Under the pieces are notes generated by a model. The model did not search any database, had not been told where the DNA came from, and worked only from the letters and a program-made list of their open reading frames with translations. Shown piece after piece: positions 24,801 to 30,741 of a stretch of DNA of 32,000 nt. Both the position numbers and the translations under genes were made by a program. The DNA comes from Edaphobacter aggregans. Its GTDB lineage: Bacteria; Acidobacteriota; Terriglobia; Terriglobales; Acidobacteriaceae. Within the stretch, counting starts at the first letter, position 1; every line of letters begins with the position of its first letter. Location of the stretch: positions 810,001-842,000 of the forward strand of contig NZ_RSDW01000001.1 in NCBI RefSeq assembly GCF_003945235.1, in the 5' to 3' direction.

Positions 24801-26125
24801 GCCCAGGCTGTCCCGGATTGTCGGTTGAATCAGACGTAGCCCCTCAATCAAACCCTGAGAGTCATTTGCTAGTTGCTTCCAATAACACCACCCTAACCGG
24901 CATAGACGTCCTCACCTCCACTCACTACACCGCCCTAGCCGAAGCCGCCCGCCGCCACAACAACCGCCTCCGCATCGCCCTCCTCACCAACCACACCGGC
25001 CTCGACTACCAGGGCCGCCGCACCATCGACCTCCTCTACACCGAAGCCCCCAAGCAAGTCTCCGGCCTCCAACTCACCACCCTCTTCTCTCCCGAGCACG
25101 GCATCTTCGGCAAGCAGGACACCACCAGCATCGCCGCCGAAACCGACCCCACCACCCACCTCCCCGTCGTCAGCCTCTACGGCCCCAAAGACTCCGACAA
25201 GCGTCCCTCCCACGGCCAGCTCAAAGACCTCGACGCCGTCCTCATCGACCTCCAGGACGCAGGCGTCCGCTTCTACACCTACGAAGCCGTCACCGGCTAC
25301 TTCCTCGAAGCCGCCGCTCAGGAGAAAGCTCTCGGCCACAACCTCGAGATCATCGTCCTCGACCGCCCCAACCCCATCGGCGGCGTGCAAGTGCAAGGCC
25401 CAGTCTCCGACGCAGGTCGCGACTCCTACACCAACTACATGCCGCTCCCCGTCCGCCACGGCCTCACCCTAGGCGAACTCGCCCGTTATATCGACGGCGA
25501 GCGCCGCCTTCCCACTCCCGGCTCTCCCAATGTGCAATCCCCGCTCAACGCCCAACTCACCGTCATCCCGCTCGAGCACTGGACACGCGACCAATACTTC
25601 GACCAGACCGGCCTCCCCTGGACGAACCCCAGCCCTAACCTCCGCAGCATCACCGCAGCCACGCTCTACCCCGGCGTCGCCCTCCTGGAGACCACCAACG
25701 TCTCCGTAGGCCGCGGCACCGACACCCCCTTCGAACATTTCGGCGCGCCCTATATCGACGCCGCCGCACTATCTGCCTACCTCACCAAACGCAACATCCC
25801 CGGCGTCGCCTTCACCCCGACCACCATCGCCGTAGCCGAGGACGCCAACCACTACCCGTACCACGGCCAGACCATCCCCGCCATTCACCTCACCGTCACC
25901 GATCGCAACGCCCTCGACTCCCCAGCCCTCGGCATCGAACTGCTCTCCGCCCTCCAGCGTCTCTACCCAAAGCAGTTCAATCTAGCCCGCGCCGACCGGC
26001 TCCTCGTCAGCGTCAACACCATGCTCGCCCTTCAGAACAACGAAGACCCCCACAAAATCGTCGCCTCCTGGGCTCCAGACCTCAACACCTTCAAAGCAAG
26101 CCGCAAGCCCTACCTCCTCTACTAA
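21818..26125 (+). CDS. tripartite fusion: sodium:solute symporter family transporter + beta-lactamase-fold serine hydrolase + DUF1343 (NamZ/YbbC-like) domain
   Basis: This is a single uninterrupted frame. The ATG at 21818 gives a typical SSS N-terminus (...VDLALIAIYLIGITLFGLRF...YFLADQKIPWWAIALSIVSAETSTLT...), whereas the track's GTG at 21704 overlaps the divergent gene's upstream region. About 13 TM helices are followed by a signal-peptide-like 14th helix (23365-23463). Next comes SxxK (SLTK, 23663-23674) and GHTGFTG (24596-24616). A Cys-rich linker follows, then DUF1343-like sequence from ~24895 (TGIDVL...LLTNHTGLD...). Confidence 0.8.
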   Translation: MPQAVLPTRLHTVDLALIAIYLIGITLFGLRFRSKDPTTRSLRSYFLADQKIPWWAIALSIVSAETSTLTIISIPGVAFAGDFGFLQIVIGYMIGRIVVAALFLPRYFQGQMLTAYQLIDQRFGRSLHKVTAGLFLLTRAAAEGVRVFAVSIVVGIAIGTGDILSIGIISALTLLYTFEGGMAAVIWTDVVQMAIYIGGTIVAISTLGSHIPGGWSQIHQIAGAADKFRIFHFALNLTQNYTFWAGVLGGTFLTMASHGTDQLMVQRMLAARNLRESRLALLSSGVVIFLQFTLFLLIGAGLYVFYGMHPTTFRTNDYIFPTFIVHEMPIGIAGLLIAAILAAAMSNLSAALNSLSSTTVVDFYMHWRPQANDRERMMISRSSTVLWALVLFAVAVYSVFVGGKGHVVEVGLSIASVAYGALLGVFLLGTLTRYATQTGAILGMICGFTLNVALWQFPGRILFSGITNTKGIRPDGTIFQSYLIPPITIPHIAFTWYVLIGAIVTFAIGSVASVLLPTKPRAKAIAAALILLLAANQLVAPVTTSAQTVQTQPSATPDFTPITALINQAIAAKKLPGAVVLINHNGKKVFEQAYGNRAIEPTIEPMTEDTIFDMASLTKCLATATAIMQLYEAGKFQFDDPVAKYLPAFGANGKENVTIRELLTHYSGLPEDVDLKDPWGLAAPDKAEGIRRAMNATLYGPPGLTFKYSDINFITLGALVEKLSGQPLDVYAQKHIFTPLEMTHTRYLPINAACGESNFIPFPSREDSLTAILHTGRAVDKFCTASSWNAQDWVPNIAPTAHDNELNAQVNPNYDRLLRGTVHDPTTRRMGGVAGHAGVFSTAADVALYAQALLDKLLHNTGDFPLSQATLQLMTRPEQPPTAVNTATTFTPDGQPTKGVATRGFGWDINSAYSRPRGEIFPIGSFGHTGFTGTSLWIDPQSNTFVILLANAIHPRGNPPISALRGQVATAAAKALDLEGLFHSKPEGKCTCTHCPGCPGLSVESDVAPQSNPESHLLVASNNTTLTGIDVLTSTHYTALAEAARRHNNRLRIALLTNHTGLDYQGRRTIDLLYTEAPKQVSGLQLTTLFSPEHGIFGKQDTTSIAAETDPTTHLPVVSLYGPKDSDKRPSHGQLKDLDAVLIDLQDAGVRFYTYEAVTGYFLEAAAQEKALGHNLEIIVLDRPNPIGGVQVQGPVSDAGRDSYTNYMPLPVRHGLTLGELARYIDGERRLPTPGSPNVQSPLNAQLTVIPLEHWTRDQYFDQTGLPWTNPSPNLRSITAATLYPGVALLETTNVSVGRGTDTPFEHFGAPYIDAAALSAYLTKRNIPGVAFTPTTIAVAEDANHYPYHGQTIPAIHLTVTDRNALDSPALGIELLSALQRLYPKQFNLARADRLLVSVNTMLALQNNEDPHKIVASWAPDLNTFKASRKPYLLY

Positions 26126-26241
26126 AGAACCGACATCGGCGATGTAAGATCGTGTGTTTTCTGCTCCCTACTGCCTATTCCCTGCTTCCCGTCCCTCAAA
26201 AGATGTATCTATTTGGCAACACCAGCAGTCACAAATTCATA

Positions 26242-26290
26242 CCCTCTACAACTTCTTTACGTCACAATAGGTAGATATATATGTAGAGGG
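26242..26290 (+). promoter_or_regulatory. 9-bp perfect inverted repeat whose 3' arm covers the phoU Shine-Dalgarno sequence
   Basis: ccctctaca (26242-26250) and tgtagaggg (26282-26290) are separated by 31 AT-rich nt. The GAGGG of the right arm lies 8 nt upstream of the phoU ATG (26299). Confidence 0.4.
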
Positions 26291-26298
26291 ACTCCCCA

Positions 26299-26973
26299 AT
26301 GCCCCGGATCAACTTCCAGCAACAACTCGTCGCACTGAAGGACAAGCTTCTTGCCATGGCCGCTCTCTCGCAGCAGGCCCTCTCCCTCGCCCTCGAAGCC
26401 TATCTCACCGGCGACATGGGCCTCTGTGACCACGTCAAAGAGATCGAAGCCGCCATCAACACCGCCGAGCGCGACGTCGACGAGATGGCCTACGATCTCC
26501 TCGCCAAAGAGCAGCCCATGGCCATCGACCTCCGCTTTATCCTCTCCGTCATCAAGATCAACGGAGACCTGGAGCGCATCGGCGACCAGGCCTCCAACAT
26601 TGCCCAGCGCGCCCAGGCCGTCGCCGGAGAACCGCAGATCTCGCTCCCCATCGACATTCCCGACATGGGCGAGAAGGTCGGAATCATGATCCGCCGCGCC
26701 GTCCAATCGCTGCTCGAAGCCGACGCCCGCCTCGCCGAATCCGTCCTCGCCATGGATGACGAGATCGACGACATGAACCGTGACGTTCAAAGCGAGCTGG
26801 TCGACGTCATGCAGCAGCATCCCACTGTCAGCAGTCAGGCCCTCAACGCGATCATCATCTCGCGCAACCTCGAGCGCGCCGCTGACCACGCCACCAACAT
26901 CGCCGAAGACGTCATCTTCTGGGTCCGAGGCTCCGACGTCCGCCACAAATTCTCACTCGCCGAAGCCGACTAA
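26299..26973 (+). CDS. phoU: phosphate signalling/transport accessory protein PhoU
   Basis: 224 aa with the duplicated PhoU repeat and characteristic E/DxxxD-type boxes (INGDLERIGDQASNIA and ISRNLERAADHATNIAEDV). No pstSCAB genes are adjacent. Confidence 0.9.
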   Translation: MPRINFQQQLVALKDKLLAMAALSQQALSLALEAYLTGDMGLCDHVKEIEAAINTAERDVDEMAYDLLAKEQPMAIDLRFILSVIKINGDLERIGDQASNIAQRAQAVAGEPQISLPIDIPDMGEKVGIMIRRAVQSLLEADARLAESVLAMDDEIDDMNRDVQSELVDVMQQHPTVSSQALNAIIISRNLERAADHATNIAEDVIFWVRGSDVRHKFSLAEAD

Positions 26974-27133
26974 CGGCTCCTTACAGTCAGCGCAACGGCA
27001 CGGCCTGTACCAGTCTGGCTACGCTCCACGTCTGCGATTCTCCCGCCACATGAGGGCTGAAAGCCGGATCCATATCTACGGAAAATTCACCTTGAGCGCG
27101 AACCGTAACGCTCACGCCCACTCGCATCCACCC

Positions 27134-27182
27134 ATAAAAGAGCCTTTGCTCTTTGCCGCCTTTTAGTCCAAAATTCGATAGA
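27134..27182 (+). promoter_or_regulatory. conserved upstream block A (ATAAA-N5-CTTTGCTCTTT-N6-TTTTAGT-N2-AAAA-N2-CGATAGA), a possible promoter or leader element
   Basis: It is nearly identical in layout to block B at 27781-27829. TTGCTC-17-CAAAAT is a possible -35/-10 pair. The block sits the same distance (107 nt from TTTGCTCTTT) upstream of its ATG as block B. Confidence 0.4.
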
Positions 27183-27252
27183 CCCATTGCATCACTTGAG
27201 TGCTCCGACAGCAGAACCGCAATCCATTCGCTCCGTGAAAGGTACTCTGCGC

Positions 27253-27726
27253 ATGCTCACGACTGTCCTTCTCTTCTGTTTTTTTATCGGCTGCATCGCA
27301 GGCCTGCGATCCCTTACCGCCCCCGCCGCCGTCTGCTGGGCAGCGCATCTCGGCTGGCTTCACTTCACGGGAACAAACCTCAGCTTCATCGATCACCTCC
27401 CAACCCTGGGGCTCTTCACATTGCTGGCGCTCGCCGAACTCGTCACGGATAAACTCCCAAAGACACCCGCACGTACAGCAGCCCTCGGCCTCATCGCCCG
27501 TATCATCATGGGCGCATTCTGCGGAGCAGCTCTCGCCGTAGCCACTGGCGGCGGCTTCCTCGGTGGATCCATCATCGGCGTTATCGGCGCCTTGGTCGGC
27601 ACCTTCGGCGGATACCACATCCGCCGCGCCCTCGTGACCCAGGCCCACCTCCCCGACATCGCCGTGGCCCTTGCCGAAGACCTCGTCGCCATCCTCGGCG
27701 CTTTCTACATCGTCTCCCACGTCTAA
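27253..27726 (+). CDS. DUF4126-like small polytopic membrane protein, copy 1
   Basis: 157 aa from the ATG at 27253 (gtGAAAGGtactctgcgcATG). It has 4-5 hydrophobic segments and the conserved E-L-x-x-D-K-L-P-K-T-P box I associate with DUF4126. The track's 22-codon 5' extension is not conserved in the paralog. Confidence 0.6.
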   Translation: MLTTVLLFCFFIGCIAGLRSLTAPAAVCWAAHLGWLHFTGTNLSFIDHLPTLGLFTLLALAELVTDKLPKTPARTAALGLIARIIMGAFCGAALAVATGGGFLGGSIIGVIGALVGTFGGYHIRRALVTQAHLPDIAVALAEDLVAILGAFYIVSHV

Positions 27727-27780
27727 ACAAGCATCCCACTTGCCTAGCCTCGTAGTAGGTCCCGCGCGAATTCAGCGCCG

Positions 27781-27829
27781 AATAAACATGCTTTGCTCTT
27801 TACTGTTTTTTAGTTAAAAATGCGATAGA
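27781..27829 (+). promoter_or_regulatory. conserved upstream block B (paralogous to block A)
   Basis: aataaacatgCTTTGCTCTTTactgttTTTTTAGTtaAAAAtgCGATAGA. The possible promoter pair is TTGCTC-17-AAAAAT. Further conserved islands (GCT.GAC.GCA, CAAT.C, GAAAGGTAC.CTGC) run down to the ATG at 27899. Confidence 0.4.
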
Positions 27830-27898
27830 TCAATCAGTTGCACCTCTCTGCTAGACGCAACGGGACCACAATACCTTTGTTCAAAGAAAGGTACCTGC

Positions 27899-28372
27899 AT
27901 GCTAACCACTATCATTTTCTTCTGCTTTCTTCTGGGCTGCGTAGCTGGTCTGCGCACCTTCACAGCTCCAGCGGTCGTCTGCTGGGGCGCACATCTCGGC
28001 TGGCTGCACTTCGCCGGAACCGGCTTCGGTTTTATCGACTACATGGTGACGCTCATCATCTTCACTCTATTGGCGCTCGGAGAGCTGATCTCAGACAAGC
28101 TGCCAAAGACTCCAGCCCGCACGACCCCGCCCCAATTGATCGGGCGTATCCTCTTTGGCGGATTTGCTGGCGCGGCACTTTCGGTGGGCGCTGGTGGCGC
28201 CCTTATGACGGGACTCCTTGCTGGAGCGGTCGGTGCTGCGATCGGAACATTTGCCGGCTACCACATGCGCCATGCTCTGGTCACTCAGCTGAGACTGCCG
28301 GACTTGCCCGTCGCAATCATGGAAGATCTCCTCGCCATCGCGGGCGGTCTTTTTCTCGTCTCTCACATCTAG
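27899..28372 (+). CDS. DUF4126-like small polytopic membrane protein, copy 2 (tandem paralog)
   Basis: 157 aa with a gap-free alignment to copy 1: 96 of 157 identical residues by my hand count. The ORF 27838..28383 is in another frame and is rejected. Confidence 0.6.
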   Translation: MLTTIIFFCFLLGCVAGLRTFTAPAVVCWGAHLGWLHFAGTGFGFIDYMVTLIIFTLLALGELISDKLPKTPARTTPPQLIGRILFGGFAGAALSVGAGGALMTGLLAGAVGAAIGTFAGYHMRHALVTQLRLPDLPVAIMEDLLAIAGGLFLVSHI

Positions 28373-28422
28373 CCTTACCGTAACCTGCCGGGCTTCGCTG
28401 CAGCACGGCGCAAAGGAGCGAC

Positions 28423-29817
28423 ATGCCCGAATCAACAGACTTTGACGCCATCATTATCGGCTCTGGCCAGGGCGGCAACCCTCTGGCCGGAGCCCTCTCA
28501 AACAAAGGCAAGCGCACCGCAGTCATCGAGCGCGCCGAAGTAGGTGGCACCTGCGTCAACACAGGCTGCACCCCCACCAAAACCATGGTAGCCAGCGCCG
28601 AAGTAGCCTACCTCGCACGGCGCGGAAACGACTACGGCGTCCACACCGGCGAAATCTCCGTCGACATGGCAATAGTCCGCGAACGCAAGCGCAACATCGT
28701 GAAGCAATGGCGCGAAGGCAGCGAAAATGGCCTGAAGAGAGCCCAACTCGTCGAACTCATCCGAGGCCAGGCATCCTTCGTAGGACCAAAGCAGATCAAC
28801 GTCCGCCTGAACGAAGGTGGCGAACGAACCCTAACCGCCAACTGGATCTTCCTCAACACGGGCCTCTCCACCAGCAAGCCGCCGCTCACTGGACTCGACA
28901 CCGTGCCCTGGCTCGACAATGCCAGCATCATGGAGCTCGACACCGTACCCCAACACCTCATCGTCCTCGGAGGCGGCTACGTCGGTCTCGAATTCGCCCA
29001 GATGTTCCAGCGTTTCGGCAGCCGCGTCACGGTCATCCAGCGCGACCACCAACTCCTCCCCGCCGAAGACACCGACGTAGCCGACGAGATCACAAAATTC
29101 CTCTGCGAAGACGGCATGGAAATTCTCCTAAATGCCAGTGCCGAATCAGTCTCCTCCTCCGGCAAAGCCATCACCCTGACCGTCCAACAAGACGGCGCAA
29201 CCAAAATCATCGAAGGCAGCCACCTTCTCATCGCCACCGGCCGCCACCCCAACACAGCCGACCTCAACCTCCCCGCCGCGGGCATCACTACCGACAAACA
29301 CGGCTTCATCCCCACAAACGACAAACTCGAAACCACCGTCCCCGGCATCTATGTCATCGGCGACGTCAAAGGTGGCCCTGCCTTCACCCACATCTCCTAC
29401 GACGACTTCCGCATCCACCGCGACAACCTCCTCGAAGGTCGCAGCGCGAGCATAGCCAACCGCGTCATCCCCTACTGCGTCTTCCTCGACCCCCAGCTGG
29501 GCCGTGTCGGCCTCAATGAAAAAGAAGCCGCCCAACAAGGAAAGAAAGTCCGCATAGCTCGCATCCCCATGACCTCCGTAGCCCGCGCCGTCGAAACCGA
29601 CCGCTCCCGAGGCTTCATGAAAGCCCTCGTCGATCCCGAAACCGATCAGATTCTGGGCGCCGCCATCCTCGCCGAAGAAGGCGGCGAAATCATGGCCATG
29701 ATCCAGATCGCCATGATGGGCAAACTGAAGTACACCGTCCTACGCGAAGGCGACTTCGCCCACCCCACGCTATCCGAGTCGCTCAACACTCTCTTCAGCA
29801 ACTTCCAGCCCGATTGA
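28423..29817 (+). CDS. class I FAD-dependent pyridine nucleotide-disulfide oxidoreductase (RclA/MerA-like, not a bona fide mercuric reductase)
   Basis: 464 aa with FAD-binding IIGSGQGG, the redox-active disulfide GGTCVNTGCTPTK, the NAD(P)H site LGGGYVGLEF and the C-terminal dimerisation/His-Glu box FAHPTLSE. It has no N-terminal metal-binding domain and no C-terminal Cys pair. Confidence 0.85.
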   Translation: MPESTDFDAIIIGSGQGGNPLAGALSNKGKRTAVIERAEVGGTCVNTGCTPTKTMVASAEVAYLARRGNDYGVHTGEISVDMAIVRERKRNIVKQWREGSENGLKRAQLVELIRGQASFVGPKQINVRLNEGGERTLTANWIFLNTGLSTSKPPLTGLDTVPWLDNASIMELDTVPQHLIVLGGGYVGLEFAQMFQRFGSRVTVIQRDHQLLPAEDTDVADEITKFLCEDGMEILLNASAESVSSSGKAITLTVQQDGATKIIEGSHLLIATGRHPNTADLNLPAAGITTDKHGFIPTNDKLETTVPGIYVIGDVKGGPAFTHISYDDFRIHRDNLLEGRSASIANRVIPYCVFLDPQLGRVGLNEKEAAQQGKKVRIARIPMTSVARAVETDRSRGFMKALVDPETDQILGAAILAEEGGEIMAMIQIAMMGKLKYTVLREGDFAHPTLSESLNTLFSNFQPD

Positions 29818-29875
29818 CCTAGGTCATCTGGTCAGTTGCCCAGAATAACCTCGCCTGACAAGGCGGAGCATACCG

Positions 29876-30552
29876 TTGGAAAGTCCAGTCCCCACTAAAG
29901 CCGACCCCATCGCCGAGCCGCGCCGATGGCTCCGCATTGTCGAGTGGATTCTGTTCGCATTGCTGGCGGGCCAGACCGGCGTAAAGACACTGCCAAGCGC
30001 ATGGCGAACCCTCAACACCGACTTCTCCAATTACTATCTGACCCGCGCTTCGACACAGCTTCCGTGGCGGCGGATAGTCCTCATCAACGTGTTTGAAATG
30101 TCTTTCCTACCGAACGGAGATCTCATATTCACCGCAAGCTTAGGGAGACGGCCAGGCTTATTCACCACCGATCAGGCAGGAAGCATCAGATCCCTCGGCA
30201 TGGATGACGGTCGCTATCCTTCCGTCTCGCCAGACGGCCATTGGCTCGCATCCAGCCACCTGCAGAGCGGAAACTAGAATCTTTGGCTCCGCAATCTGGA
30301 CGGGCGGCCAAACGCACAGATTCACCGCCCCCCTGCAACAATATCGAACCCACCTGGACCACCGACTCGCAAACCTTGATTTACGCCAGCGACTGCGGGC
30401 GAGCCCTTTGGTTTACCATACTTTGCAGACGCAACATCAACGGCGACAGTCCGGATTCGCATACTAAATCTGCAGAGACCTCCGCTGCCGAAGTTACCGC
30501 ACCGAACCACACCATTCCCGTCGCCCTTGACTCCACCCCAATCCGCCATTAA
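29876..30552 (+). pseudogene. decayed remnant of a membrane-anchored PD40/TolB-like beta-propeller protein
   Basis: A TTG-initiated ORF (29876-30277) ends in a PD40-like repeat (YPSVSPDGHWLASS) at an in-frame TAG. The same frame continues NLWLRNLDGRPNAQI.... The next PD40-like unit (NNIEPTWTTDSQTLIYASD) is in a different frame after a C6 run at ~30328-30333. This amounts to one premature stop plus one frameshift. The N-terminal part (one TM, TDFSNYYLT) is far too short for an intact parent. Confidence 0.4.
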
Positions 30553-30741
30553 GCTTTAAGCAATGGCGATTCTCCGCACCTTGCGCTCCTCAGCCTGTCG
30601 CATGTGTTGTTGCGACCCTGTGCGCCGTCGCCTTTGCCTCGATTCGTAGACTTCCAAGTCCCGAACATCCCAGCAAAGTCACACAGCGCCCACCTACCCA
30701 GTGGGCCTTTCTTATTTCTGGCCGACCCAAAGGATTCCATC

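Noticed and set aside
28707-29519. 270-aa + strand ORF inside the flavoprotein gene
   Set aside because: It is an alternative frame with Arg/Pro/His-rich composition. The frame starting at 28423 carries the FAD, CxxxxC, NAD(P)H and HPTxSE motifs.
28423-29817. Mercuric reductase (MerA) call for the flavoprotein
   Set aside because: It has no N-terminal heavy-metal-binding domain, no C-terminal vicinal Cys pair and no merR/merT/merP nearby. Only the generic class I disulfide-reductase core is present.
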